From an uncultured Bacteroidales bacterium (GTDB lineage Bacteria > Bacteroidota > Bacteroidia > Bacteroidales > WCHB1-69), in the NCBI GenBank assembly GCA_900316305.1, contig ONCM01000001.1:3380-67379 (forward strand): a DNA stretch of 64,000 nucleotides, written 5' to 3'. The number at the start of each line of letters is the position of its first letter. Positions within the stretch are counted from its first letter, which is position 1. A program made the translations under genes and the position numbers. This document shows, one piece after another, positions 45,057 through 54,427 of the stretch. A model generated the notes under the pieces. It saw only the letters and a program-made list of their open reading frames with translations. It had not been told where the DNA came from and did not search any database.

Positions 45057-45111
45057 TTAGTAGTTAGTAGTTAGCAGTTAGCAGTTAGCAGTTAGCAGTT
45101 AGTAGTTAAAC
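45053..45111. repeat. heptamer array GTTAGYA x8
   Basis: gttagta x2, gttagca x4, gttagta, gttaaac. It begins within the pepO stop codon. Confidence 0.95.
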
Positions 45112-45120
45112 GAGAACAAG

Positions 45121-45178
45121 CCGGTCGAAGGACCATTTCCCTTCTTGAGAAGGGGTGGCCGTAGGCCGGGGTAGTGAT
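45121..45178 (+). repeat. ~60-bp three-hairpin element, copy B
   Basis: CCGGTCGAAGGACCATTTCCCTTCTTGAGAAGGGGTGGCCGTAGGCCGGGGTAGTGAT, ending 14 nt before the arcC ATG. Confidence 0.8.
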
Positions 45179-45191
45179 AATTAAGATATAT

Positions 45192-46142
45192 ATGTCAGAA
45201 AAGAGAAAACTCGCCGTCATCGCATTCGGCGGCAACGCATTACTGAAAAGTAAACAAAGAGGCACCTATCAGGAGCAGATCGAGAACGTCACGGAGACCT
45301 GCCGCAACCTGATCCCGCTGATCGAGAACGGCTACAACATCGTCATCGGTCACGGCAACGGTCCGCAAGTGGGCAACGTCATGCTGCAGCACAAGGCCGG
45401 CAAGGAGACCTTCCAAGTGGAGGACATGCCGCTGAACTTCTGCGTGGCCGAGACGCAAGGCTCCATCGGCGCGCTCATCGAAGAGGGTTTGCGACACATT
45501 TTCGCCGAAAAGGGCTGGGAGAAAGACACCGTCACGCTGCTCACGCACGTGGAGGTCGATGCCAACGACCCGCTCTTCCAGAACCCCACCAAGCCCGTCG
45601 GTCCGTACGTCTCCCGCGAGGAGGCCGAGCAGTACCAAGAGGAGACCGGCGACATCTACCGTGAGGACCCGAAGGGCAACGGCTGGCGCAAGGTGGTAGC
45701 TTCCCCGAAGCCCATCCGCATCCAGAACATCAAGCTGGTGAAGCAGTTGGCCGAACAGGGCATCATCGTCATCACCGTCGGCGGCGGCGGCATCCCCGTA
45801 GCCATGAAAGACGGCTATCTGAAGGGCGTGCAGGCGGTCATCGACAAAGACTTAGCCTCTGCCATGACAGCTATGGAAATCGGCGCCGACGAGTTCTACA
45901 TCCTCACCGACGTACCGAAGGTCTATATCAACTTCCGCAAACCCGATGAGAAGGCATTAGACACTATCACGGTAAGCGAAGCTAAGAAATATCTGGAGGA
46001 GAAGCACTTCACCGAGGGCTCCATGGCCCCGAAGGTGCGCGCCGCCATCCAATACGTCGAGAAGAGCGGCAAAACCTGCATCATCACCGAGGCCGGCAAG
46101 CTGCACGACCCGAACTGCGGCACACGAATCATCGCGGGGTAA
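45192..46142 (+). CDS. arcC: carbamate kinase
   Basis: KLAVIAFGGNALL and VIGHGNGPQVG. The start is set at MSEKRK (ATG 45192). Confidence 0.88.
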   Translation: MSEKRKLAVIAFGGNALLKSKQRGTYQEQIENVTETCRNLIPLIENGYNIVIGHGNGPQVGNVMLQHKAGKETFQVEDMPLNFCVAETQGSIGALIEEGLRHIFAEKGWEKDTVTLLTHVEVDANDPLFQNPTKPVGPYVSREEAEQYQEETGDIYREDPKGNGWRKVVASPKPIRIQNIKLVKQLAEQGIIVITVGGGGIPVAMKDGYLKGVQAVIDKDLASAMTAMEIGADEFYILTDVPKVYINFRKPDEKALDTITVSEAKKYLEEKHFTEGSMAPKVRAAIQYVEKSGKTCIITEAGKLHDPNCGTRIIAG

Positions 46143-46183
46143 CCTCCCACGCGGGTTCTTCACCGCAGACCACTAAACACGAA

Positions 46184-46215
46184 ACGCACGGACATTGTAT
46201 TGGCCGTGCGTTTTT
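46184..46215 (+). terminator. intrinsic terminator after arcC
   Basis: ACGCACGG-acattgtattgg-CCGTGCGT followed by TTTT. It lies between convergent genes. Confidence 0.7.
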
Positions 46216-46260
46216 ATTCTGTATCGGGAAACAGGATTCTCCCAAACAGTTCCATTCCGT

Positions 46261-47028
46261 TCACGCCGTAAACCATTCCTTAAATTCAGGCACACGGGCC
46301 TTGCTGATCAAAATGCGTTCGGGGACTTTGACAGAAAGGGAAAGATTCAGCTTGCCGCCAAACCACATCGATATGCTTTCGATGGCCTTGTGCGCCACCA
46401 CGTATTGACGGTTGGCGCGGAAGAAGAGATGCGGGTCCAACTGTTCCACAATAATATCCAACGGTTTGCCCACCACGACAGCCCTCTCGTCAAACGTGAT
46501 GGCTCGCGACACCTTGTCCTCCAAATAGAAGCAGGCCACCTCCGCGATGGCCAAAGGAATCAACTTGTCTTTCACTGGAATCAGGAAGTAGGATTGGTAT
46601 TGCCGTGTCTGCTGGTTAAACATCTCCATCAGAGCGGAGAGCTGGCTGTTTTCCGCTACGGGGGCTTTCCCTTCAATTTTCCCGAATTTGCACAATGCCC
46701 GCTGCAAATCCTCACGACTGATGGGCTTCAGCAGGTAGTCGATGCTGTTCACTTGGAAGGCTTGCAACGCATATTGGTCGTAGGCAGTGGTGAAGATGAT
46801 CGGACAGTCAATGGTGATTTTGTCGAAGATGCGGAAGGCCAGCCCATCCGCGAGGTGGATGTCCATGAACACCAAATCAGGGGTGGGATTCGTCTGAAAC
46901 CACTCCACCGTATCTTCCACCGTTTGAAGCACTTGCACGACATGCAAATCGGAATTTTCCTCCGACAGCATCTTTGACAATCTTTGAGCCGCAATCGCCT
47001 CGTCTTCAATAATGACCACTTTTTTCAT
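46261..47028 (-). CDS. LytTR-family two-component response regulator
   Basis: Receiver domain (VVIIEDE, DLVFMDIHLADG) plus a LytTR DNA-binding C-terminus. Confidence 0.85.
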   Translation of the reverse strand: MKKVVIIEDEAIAAQRLSKMLSEENSDLHVVQVLQTVEDTVEWFQTNPTPDLVFMDIHLADGLAFRIFDKITIDCPIIFTTAYDQYALQAFQVNSIDYLLKPISREDLQRALCKFGKIEGKAPVAENSQLSALMEMFNQQTRQYQSYFLIPVKDKLIPLAIAEVACFYLEDKVSRAITFDERAVVVGKPLDIIVEQLDPHLFFRANRQYVVAHKAIESISMWFGGKLNLSLSVKVPERILISKARVPEFKEWFTA

Positions 47029-47036
47029 AGCATCAC

Positions 47037-48128
47037 CTATTCTTTCATTTTTTCAAGAATCTCCATCGCCTTCTGTCTGGGAATCAGTGGGATTTCCACC
47101 ACAAACATCTCGTTGTCGCTGTGCATGGAGATATGCTCGCCAGCAATCAGTTCGTAGCGTTTGTCCAGGTTGGTAAGGCCGATGCCCTCGGAAGCAGTGG
47201 TCTCTTTGGGACAAATGCGGTTGCTGACTCGCAATGTGCCGTTATCGGTTGCCTCAAGACGAATCTCCAACGGATGCTTGTCGCTTATCACATTGTGTTT
47301 CAGCGCATTCTCGATCAACTGCTGTAAGCTGATGGGCACCACGAAGCCCTCTACCCCATCCAACAGGCGTACCACCCTCAGATTGCTGCCGTAGCGGATA
47401 TTCATCATGTAAAGATAGGCATCCGCAAAGCGAAGTTCCTCCTCGATTGGCACCAGTTTGTTCTGCTGGATGGTGTAGCGATAGGTTGATGCCAACTGCT
47501 GCAAATATTCCTGCGCTTTGTCGTCATCCATACCTATCAGACCGCTCAGCGTGTTGAGCGAATTGAACAGAAAATGCGGATCTAACTGACTCTCAAGGGT
47601 TTCATAACGCACTAACAAGTTCTCTGACTGTAGCCGTTCATTCTCCAACATCATCTGATGGCGGTGGTTCAGACTGAAAATCAGCAGCGTAATCATGATA
47701 GTCGTGATGACAATCAACCCGTCCTTAATCACGTTGCTGCTATAGGCTTGTTCAACCATAAACCCCTCATAAATAACATGTTGCAGTCCAACAGAGAGCA
47801 GCGAGAAAATCGCGGCGATGAGCAAAGAGCCGACGCTTGCCAGCACAAATCGCCACGCCACGGGCAGTTTGCTTTTCACCACACTGAAAACAAAGAGAAA
47901 AAGGACGAAAAAGAGTCCGCAATTCAGTGCCAAACTCAATGCAGGATGATAACTGGATGCAATCGTCCAAGTGGAGGTGTCCAAATGCCCTAAGGTCATG
48001 ATTCCAGTGAGAATGATTCCCGCTGGCAAGGAGAGCCAGAGGGCGTTCCGCACCGTGAAGGGGTTTATCACGTGCAACGGCTTCAGCCGAAACCCTGGAA
48101 GTCTTCTGTTTTTCGTATTGGCAACCAT
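47037..48128 (-). CDS. sensor histidine kinase (LytS/YehU-type His_kinase)
   Basis: N-terminal TM block, LDPHFLFNSLNTLSGLI (His_kinase), and the HATPase motifs ENALKHN and GIGLTNL. Confidence 0.8.
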   Translation of the reverse strand: MVANTKNRRLPGFRLKPLHVINPFTVRNALWLSLPAGIILTGIMTLGHLDTSTWTIASSYHPALSLALNCGLFFVLFLFVFSVVKSKLPVAWRFVLASVGSLLIAAIFSLLSVGLQHVIYEGFMVEQAYSSNVIKDGLIVITTIMITLLIFSLNHRHQMMLENERLQSENLLVRYETLESQLDPHFLFNSLNTLSGLIGMDDDKAQEYLQQLASTYRYTIQQNKLVPIEEELRFADAYLYMMNIRYGSNLRVVRLLDGVEGFVVPISLQQLIENALKHNVISDKHPLEIRLEATDNGTLRVSNRICPKETTASEGIGLTNLDKRYELIAGEHISMHSDNEMFVVEIPLIPRQKAMEILEKMKE

Positions 48129-48162
48129 ATTTCTTCAAATAAGCTGCAAAATAACATAAAAT

Positions 48163-49392
48163 TCAAATACACACGGCTCTGTCTTCGTATTTGAAGAATT
48201 TCACTCTATAGAGCAGACAGGTGATCAGGAAATAGAGTCCCGACTGCACCCAAAGCATCTGATACTCAAATTGTACCTGCTTGAGGTGCGCGCCCAAGGA
48301 GTTGATTCGGATAAAGCCTTGGATGCCGTGTGTGGAGGGGAACAAGTAGGAGAAATACTTCCAGAACAGCGGCATGTTGGAGCGAGGCCAGACCACCCCC
48401 GACAAGAAGAGCAACACCACACTGAAGAAGATGCAGACGATGATGCCCGTGTCACGTTGTCGCACGAAGGAACCCACTGTCATACTGAACGCTATGGTGG
48501 CTAACAAGAACGGCAGGAAGAAGAGACAGAGGTCGTCGAGACGACCGATGTGGGGCAGTCCGAAAACCCGCGGAAGCAGCACTAAATCGATGGCCACCAA
48601 TGGGATGTAAATCATCAAGTAGGCCAACGATCGACCTATGACCACCCGATAGACACTTCTGTTGCGCAAACGTTCGGGAACGATGGCGACAGTCTGCCCC
48701 TCTTCGCGCGCCGTGCCCGAAAGGATGCCGATGCCGAGAAACAGGGTTTGATGGATGACCAACGCCAAGAGTGCCGGAACCAAGAAACTGGTGAACCCTC
48801 CCGCCGGGGAGAAGAGTTTCACATCCTCGTAAGGCACTGGCGTAATGGCCGTTTCGGCATCCTCTCCCGTCACTCCGGCCATGGCGTAGCGTTCGAGTTC
48901 GACATGTTTCATCTCGTCCAGCATCACGCTGCTGGCACCGGTGAATACGCTACGGTAGTAGAGGAAGCTGCTCATGTCGCAGAAGAGACAAAGCCGTGCC
49001 GTCTCCCCTTTCGCCAAACGGTCGCTGTAGTCGTTCGGGAAATAGACGATGCCGTTGACTTTGCGCTGACGCATCAGTGTTTCCGCTTCTGACAAGGTGT
49101 TGCAGTTGTAATTGACGTTGACCTCAGGCGTGGCATCCAACTCATGGATAAACCGCTGACTCGGAGCGCTTTGTGAATCATCAACCACCGCCACTGGCAA
49201 ATTCCGGATACATTCGTGCTTGTATATCGCCCCGAAAATCAGGGGATAGAGCAACGAACCCACGAAGAATATCAGCATCACTCCCCCATCGGTAAAAATG
49301 CGGTATAATTCCAGCGTGAAAACATCGTAAATATCCTTCAATCCCGACGTTATATTATGCCAAAAATTTTTCATAATCTTCTGTTTATCCAT
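48163..49392 (-). CDS. ABC-2 type transporter permease
   Basis: One N-terminal TM, a large external loop and a C-terminal 5-TM block. It is paralogous to the upstream gene. Confidence 0.7.
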   Translation of the reverse strand: MDKQKIMKNFWHNITSGLKDIYDVFTLELYRIFTDGGVMLIFFVGSLLYPLIFGAIYKHECIRNLPVAVVDDSQSAPSQRFIHELDATPEVNVNYNCNTLSEAETLMRQRKVNGIVYFPNDYSDRLAKGETARLCLFCDMSSFLYYRSVFTGASSVMLDEMKHVELERYAMAGVTGEDAETAITPVPYEDVKLFSPAGGFTSFLVPALLALVIHQTLFLGIGILSGTAREEGQTVAIVPERLRNRSVYRVVIGRSLAYLMIYIPLVAIDLVLLPRVFGLPHIGRLDDLCLFFLPFLLATIAFSMTVGSFVRQRDTGIIVCIFFSVVLLFLSGVVWPRSNMPLFWKYFSYLFPSTHGIQGFIRINSLGAHLKQVQFEYQMLWVQSGLYFLITCLLYRVKFFKYEDRAVCI

Positions 49393-49393
49393 A

Positions 49394-50566
49394 TTAACAC
49401 TCTATAGCCGCGTCATCCGAATTGCTCTTGGCCCATCTGTTCAGCAGCAATCCGCCAATGCAGCCTGCCATCATAAAGCACAGCAACCAACAAAGATGTG
49501 GCCAGTACTGCGTAAAGGTAGCGCCAAACATCGCCACGTCCGCATAGGTCAAGTAATAGTGACGCAGCGGGAATACGTAGCTGATGGCCTGCAAGGCGGG
49601 GGGCATACTGACTACCGGATAGGAAAATCCTGACATTGAGAATGATAGCATTCCGTAAATGGCGGCGACGCTGACTGCAAGATGTTGGTCAGGAATCAGT
49701 CCGGCAAGAAACACGCCCATTGCCTGCATCGCCATCACGAACAGCAGCAGTGCCACCGAAAGGGCAAAGAAACTACCCAGACAGACGAAATGGCTGAATC
49801 CGAACATCACCATGTTGCCGATAATGCCTATCAGGGTGAACCAACATGTATAGGGTAACAATTTGCCGATCAGTGCATTAAGCATATTGTCGCCAGCGGT
49901 TGAAAGCCAAATATTCTCGGTTTTCAGTTTATATTCGTTGGTCACCAAATAGACAGTAAGCAGCAGTGCCATCACACCGATGATGCCGGGAAGCATCGTG
50001 GTGAGCACATACGGCAGATAACTGCCCCAGGGGTTGCTGATCAGGTGCGCATCGATTTCAATGGGCTGGATCATCCCCATGATTTGGTCTTCGGAATAGC
50101 CTTTTTTCCGCATCACCTCGCGTTGCACCGCTGCGGAAGTGAGTTTTCCTATGGTGCTTAACGTTTTGTAGCTCAGGGTTCCTGCCAACAAGTAAGCATT
50201 GTTCGAATAGAGTGCGAGGTGCGGGGTCTTGAAGTCGAGCACTTCGGAATAGGTGCCTGCGGGAATTTCCAGGAAGGCAAAGATTTCCTGTCGTTGCATG
50301 GCCTCGCGCGCTTCGCTGTGGCTGTTATAGACGGCCACGACATCCACGCCCTGGGTCGCGTCAATTTCATGGCACAGTCGGCGCGAAAGGTAGCTGCCGT
50401 CCTGGTCCACCACTGCAATAGGCAGGTTCTCCGGTTGTCCTTCATGCATGAACGTCAGAAAGAAGACATAGCTGAAGAGGATGCCCGCCGTGAGCAGAAT
50501 CAGGTAGCGCGGGCTCTCTTTAATCAGCCCCAGCTCCCTACAGAAGCAGTTCCACAGATGTTTCAT
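49394..50566 (-). CDS. ABC-2 type transporter permease
   Basis: Same architecture as 48163..49392, with a 1-nt gap to it. Confidence 0.7.
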   Translation of the reverse strand: MKHLWNCFCRELGLIKESPRYLILLTAGILFSYVFFLTFMHEGQPENLPIAVVDQDGSYLSRRLCHEIDATQGVDVVAVYNSHSEAREAMQRQEIFAFLEIPAGTYSEVLDFKTPHLALYSNNAYLLAGTLSYKTLSTIGKLTSAAVQREVMRKKGYSEDQIMGMIQPIEIDAHLISNPWGSYLPYVLTTMLPGIIGVMALLLTVYLVTNEYKLKTENIWLSTAGDNMLNALIGKLLPYTCWFTLIGIIGNMVMFGFSHFVCLGSFFALSVALLLFVMAMQAMGVFLAGLIPDQHLAVSVAAIYGMLSFSMSGFSYPVVSMPPALQAISYVFPLRHYYLTYADVAMFGATFTQYWPHLCWLLCFMMAGCIGGLLLNRWAKSNSDDAAIEC

Positions 50567-50591
50567 GATGCAATGAATATGATGAACGGAA

Positions 50592-51575
50592 CTAACGTTT
50601 TATGATGACCGTCATGCCAGGACGCATGTCCGGAATCTTCTCTTGAGGAACCAATTTGACGTCGAAGCTCTTCACGTCATACTGTCCGTTGGTTTTGGTG
50701 GCGCGCCATGTGGCGTAAGAGGCCATCGCGCGGAGGTAGGTGACTTTCGCCTTGTAGGTCTGCTCGCCCAGCGCGGGAATCTGCACTTCCACCTCGTTGC
50801 CCACTTTCAAATCCTTGAGCAGGTCTTCGCGCACGCTGAAGGTGAACCAGACATCGTTCATGTCCAGGATGGACATCACGGGAGAGCCCGTCCCCAGCAA
50901 TTCCGAGCGCTTGGGGTAGATTTCCATCACCTCGCCGTCGCAGGGTGCGATGAGGAAGCGGTCGTGGATGTAGGATTCCACCTCCGACACGGCGCCGCTG
51001 GCTTGCGCCACGAGTGCCTGTGCCGCCAGCCTGTCCTGACTTTGCGCACCTTCCATGGCAAGGTCGTACTGCTGTTTAGCGGCGTTTGCTGTAGCCATGG
51101 CGGCCTTATACTGAGCCTCGGCCTCATCGCGTTTTTGCGCGGAAACCACTTTCTTGTCGTACAAAGCCTGCACGCGGTCGTAGGATTTCTTGGCGATATC
51201 CACGCCAGCCTGCGCCTTTTGCCACATTTCGTAAGCAGAGGCTATCTGTTGTTGACGAGCGCCGCTGTTGGCCTTGCTGCTCTGCGCGGATGCGGCGGTG
51301 CGGGCGGCCTTCGCCTGCGTGAGCTTGGCATCCACCTCGGGGCTGCTGATGAAGGCCAGGGTGTCGCCGGCATGCACTTGCGAGGACTCCTGCACGTAAA
51401 GAGTGTCTAACCGGCCAGGCACCTTGTTGGCGACACGGTATTCGTTGGCCACAACCTCGCCCATCAGAACTTCCGGCTCGGGGCGCAAGGCCACCACTCC
51501 AATCAAGGCGACGATGAGCACCACGGCAATCACCACACCAATACCAATCCATAAGTTTTTGTTTGTCTTTTCCAT
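50592..51575 (-). CDS. HlyD-family membrane fusion (periplasmic adaptor) protein
   Basis: N-terminal TM, a long Ala/Gln-rich coiled coil and a beta-barrel C-terminus. Confidence 0.8.
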   Translation of the reverse strand: MEKTNKNLWIGIGVVIAVVLIVALIGVVALRPEPEVLMGEVVANEYRVANKVPGRLDTLYVQESSQVHAGDTLAFISSPEVDAKLTQAKAARTAASAQSSKANSGARQQQIASAYEMWQKAQAGVDIAKKSYDRVQALYDKKVVSAQKRDEAEAQYKAAMATANAAKQQYDLAMEGAQSQDRLAAQALVAQASGAVSEVESYIHDRFLIAPCDGEVMEIYPKRSELLGTGSPVMSILDMNDVWFTFSVREDLLKDLKVGNEVEVQIPALGEQTYKAKVTYLRAMASYATWRATKTNGQYDVKSFDVKLVPQEKIPDMRPGMTVIIKR

Positions 51576-51606
51576 ATCTGTTTGTTTTTTCGTATTCTAC
51601 ATTATA

Positions 51607-51669
51607 TGGTTTCAGGTTTCAAGTTTCAGGTTTCAAGTTTCAGGTTTCAAGTTTCAGGTTTCAGTTATT
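51607..51669. repeat. heptamer array AGGTTTC/AAGTTTC x9
   Basis: Strict alternation of aggtttc and aagtttc. It contains the stop of the TolC gene. Confidence 0.95.
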
Positions 51670-53130
51670 TCCCAGGGCTTGCTGCAGATAGAGGTAGTCC
51701 ATACGGATTTCAATTTCCGCGTCCACCACTTCCGATTTCGCCGACATCCAGGCCGTCTGCGCCGCCATCAGGTCGCTGCTGTTGATGACGCCCGCCTCGA
51801 ACGACTCATTCGCCAGACGAAGGTTCTCCTCCGCATTCAGCAGGTTGCTTTGCGCCTGCACGAGTTTCTTGTTCGCCACCTCCAACTCATAATTTAGCTT
51901 ATTGACTTGCAGCTCGATAGCGTTTCGCGCTTCCTCCAACTCATACTGCACCTCATTGCGTTTGTGCTTGGCCGCCTTCACGGCAAGGAAATCCTCCGCA
52001 TGGCAAATAGGGATATTGACGACCACTCCGGCGGTGAACATTCCGGCAAACTTATTCCTGAAACCGTTGAAAACGTTGGGATTACTCACCAAATACGACC
52101 CCGTCACCGCCACATTCGGCAGCAAGCCGGATGTAGCCATCTTCACATTCGTCTTGGCCATCTGATCGCCGATTTCCAGTAGTTTGATCTCTTTCCGCTT
52201 ATTCCAAACATTCTGCATGTCAAGTGTTTGCTCAGGCTGAAAAGACCTCATGCCCTCTTCTTCGGCAATCTCGTAATCGCCTGTCAGGTTCAGTCCGCAA
52301 AGCTGATAAAGCACCATTTTCGACAATGCCAAGCCGTTTTCCGCTTTGGTCAGACTCATCTGCGCTTCGTTAAGTTTCACACGCACTTGCGTCAGGTCGC
52401 TTTGCGTGGCCACGCCCTCGGCCACCATCGCTTCCACGTTTTGATTCAACGTATCCAAAAGATTGCAATATTGACGGGCAAGTGATTGTTTGTGTTGCAA
52501 TGAAATCACCCGCCAGTAGGCTTCATCGACCTGAATGAGCAGATTTTCCTGTGTCTGGTCCGCCTGCAGGAGTGCCGCCTGGTTGGTGAGTTTTGCGGTT
52601 TTATACATGGCACGGATTTTGCCGCCCAGATAAATGGGTTCCGATACCGTGACCGCTCCCGCGAAGATATTTCTCGTATCGATGTTGAAGGCATCCGTAA
52701 TCTCATGACCAACGCCGTTTAACGCTTCTTCCACATTCATTCCAGCCAAACTCTGCGCTAACGTCATGGCTAACTGGGGGTCGCTTTGCATCAGTTGCAT
52801 GACGACCGGTTGCATGGCCGGGGTCACCTGCGACATCACCGTGGTGCCCATGTTGTTGATGGCGCCTTGCTGTTCGTCGCTCAGCAGAGAGATGTTTTTC
52901 TGATTCCAGTTGTAAGTGCCGTTCACACTGACTTTTGGAAAGAACTGCGCCAAAGCAGCCCCTTTCAGCGCTTCCGTTTCCTTGACACGCTCCTGCGCGA
53001 TTTTCAGATGGCTGTTCGAGGCGAGGGCCAATTCATGGCATTTTTCCAAATTCAAGACCTGTTGTGCCAAAACCGCAGGCATCGCACACATCATAACTGC
53101 CGTAATAATCAATACTTTAACGTTTTTCAT
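51661..53130 (-). CDS. TolC-family outer membrane efflux protein
   Basis: Signal peptide MKNVKVLIITAVMMCAMPAVLAQQ and two-repeat helical TolC architecture. The track N-terminal extension (to 53259) is rejected. Confidence 0.8.
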   Translation of the reverse strand: MKNVKVLIITAVMMCAMPAVLAQQVLNLEKCHELALASNSHLKIAQERVKETEALKGAALAQFFPKVSVNGTYNWNQKNISLLSDEQQGAINNMGTTVMSQVTPAMQPVVMQLMQSDPQLAMTLAQSLAGMNVEEALNGVGHEITDAFNIDTRNIFAGAVTVSEPIYLGGKIRAMYKTAKLTNQAALLQADQTQENLLIQVDEAYWRVISLQHKQSLARQYCNLLDTLNQNVEAMVAEGVATQSDLTQVRVKLNEAQMSLTKAENGLALSKMVLYQLCGLNLTGDYEIAEEEGMRSFQPEQTLDMQNVWNKRKEIKLLEIGDQMAKTNVKMATSGLLPNVAVTGSYLVSNPNVFNGFRNKFAGMFTAGVVVNIPICHAEDFLAVKAAKHKRNEVQYELEEARNAIELQVNKLNYELEVANKKLVQAQSNLLNAEENLRLANESFEAGVINSSDLMAAQTAWMSAKSEVVDAEIEIRMDYLYLQQALGNN

Positions 53131-53418
53131 TTCCTCATTTTTTATGGCCGCGAAAATAGAATCCCTATGGATCCGGGAAAAGAAAAATGGGCCGAAACGG
53201 CCAAAAACAGGGCTGAACCGACGGAAAGAAGGGCTGAAGCGGATGCGCACGCAGGTCATTTGCCCGTGTTTTGCAGGGCACTGGGATTCGCCTGTGGTGA
53301 AAAGGGGAGGTCACACGGCAATCACGGAAAGCACAGAAAGGTTCGCCTGCGGCGAGTGTGGGTGGTCATGCGGATTTCACGGGTAGCATGGTTTTGGGGG
53401 CGGGAAAGGTTAAAGCGC

Positions 53419-54333
53419 TCACCCATTCAGCTTCCACACCGTCTTGCCGATGCGGGAGATTTCCTTGCGCAACGTCTTGGGAGCCAGCACCTCGGCGGTT
53501 TCGCCCAACCCCAGCAGCTCCTGGACGAAGTCGAAAGTGGGACGGAGGAAGTAGGTGAAAATGGAATAGTCTTCCGTGCGCTCGACCTCCTTTTGCGACG
53601 GGTGCAGCGGCAGCGAGCGCAAGTACTTGGACTGGAAGGCATCGACCTTCAGCCGGATCAGCTGCGGCTCCTCGTCGCCAACAATGATGCCGAAGCAGGT
53701 GCCGAAGAACTCCGCCGCATTGAAGTCGGCGGGCAGCGTGAAGCTCTCAAACTCAATGTCGATATCCTGCATCCTGTCCAGCGCATAGACCTTCAGCGGG
53801 CTGTCACCATATTTGCCCAGCAGGTACCACCGCCGCTTGAATACCTTCAGCGCATAGGGTTCCACATGGTAGAAATTCGACATGTAGTCATCTTCCACCC
53901 AGAACGGTTTGTAACTGAATGTCAGCATCTTGTTGTCGCGCATCGCCTCCAGAACGGTGGGCAGGAACTCCTTGCCGGAGGGGATCTCTTCTATGAGGAT
54001 GCGATCTTTCAGCTGGCTGCTCTCCTCCAGTTGGCTGTTGAGCGAAAGCGCATCCAAAAGCCACCCCTTGAAGCCAGAACTGTCCTTGAGGTCGTGACTG
54101 TTGGCGATATAATAGGAGTTGGTGTTCTTGTGGCAGGCAATCTCGATACCGAACAGCTCGCGCACCGCCGCCACATGGTTATGGAACGAGCGTCTCGGGT
54201 ACTCCTCCCCGCCGGAAAGCCGGTCGTTCCGCTCCCATTTGGCGGAGATCTCTTTCAGGGTAATTCCCGACCATCCCGCCGTGTTAATCGTGTCTATCAG
54301 CCAGATATACTTTCTTATAAGGTCTTTTGTCAT
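53419..54333 (-). CDS. WYL-domain transcriptional regulator
   Basis: N-terminal HTH-like region (YIWLIDTINTAGWSGITLKEI) and a WYL-type core KRRWYLLGKY. Confidence 0.65.
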   Translation of the reverse strand: MTKDLIRKYIWLIDTINTAGWSGITLKEISAKWERNDRLSGGEEYPRRSFHNHVAAVRELFGIEIACHKNTNSYYIANSHDLKDSSGFKGWLLDALSLNSQLEESSQLKDRILIEEIPSGKEFLPTVLEAMRDNKMLTFSYKPFWVEDDYMSNFYHVEPYALKVFKRRWYLLGKYGDSPLKVYALDRMQDIDIEFESFTLPADFNAAEFFGTCFGIIVGDEEPQLIRLKVDAFQSKYLRSLPLHPSQKEVERTEDYSIFTYFLRPTFDFVQELLGLGETAEVLAPKTLRKEISRIGKTVWKLNG

Positions 54334-54360
54334 CGTCTGTGGATTCAAAATTCAACGCGG

Positions 54361-54394
54361 CAAAAATAGTCAATTGGTGTGAAAGTTTGTGGCA
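54361..54394 (-). promoter_or_regulatory. island-type promoter TGCCAC-N20-TATTTTTG (WYL gene)
   Basis: The minus strand reads TGCCAC (54389-94), then 20 nt, then TATTTTTG (54361-68). Confidence 0.5.
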
Positions 54395-54427
54395 CAGTTG
54401 AAAAGATGGTGAAGACAAACAATAACA

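Noticed and set aside
12789-51669. Whether the tandem arrays could be CRISPR arrays.
   Set aside because: The units are 7-10 bp and directly abutting, with no unique spacers. No cas genes are present in the window.
53131-53259. A 43-codon N-terminal extension of the TolC gene in the track ORF (MTCVRIRFSPSFRRF...).
   Set aside because: The internal ATG at 53130 gives a normal signal peptide (MKNVKVLIITAVMMCAMPAVLAQQ). The extension is Arg/Phe/Ser-rich and reads like non-coding sequence.
53260-53418. A GC-rich 160-bp spacer with a 17-bp imperfect direct repeat (RTTCGCCTGYGGYGAR at about 53288 and about 53341), considered as a possible island attachment site or ncRNA.
   Set aside because: No matching repeat is visible at the other island end, which lies outside the window, and there is no convincing structure. 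The evidence is insufficient.
1797-54369. Many other long antisense ORFs in the track, for example 1797..2795, 2922..3899, 9773..10591, 21830..23254, 31487..32662, 35652..36572, 46195..46977, 52786..54369 and 57942..58883.
   Set aside because: Each lies opposite a gene with clear family motifs, and each has Arg/Gly/His/Val-rich nonsense-like composition. I treat them as shadow ORFs.
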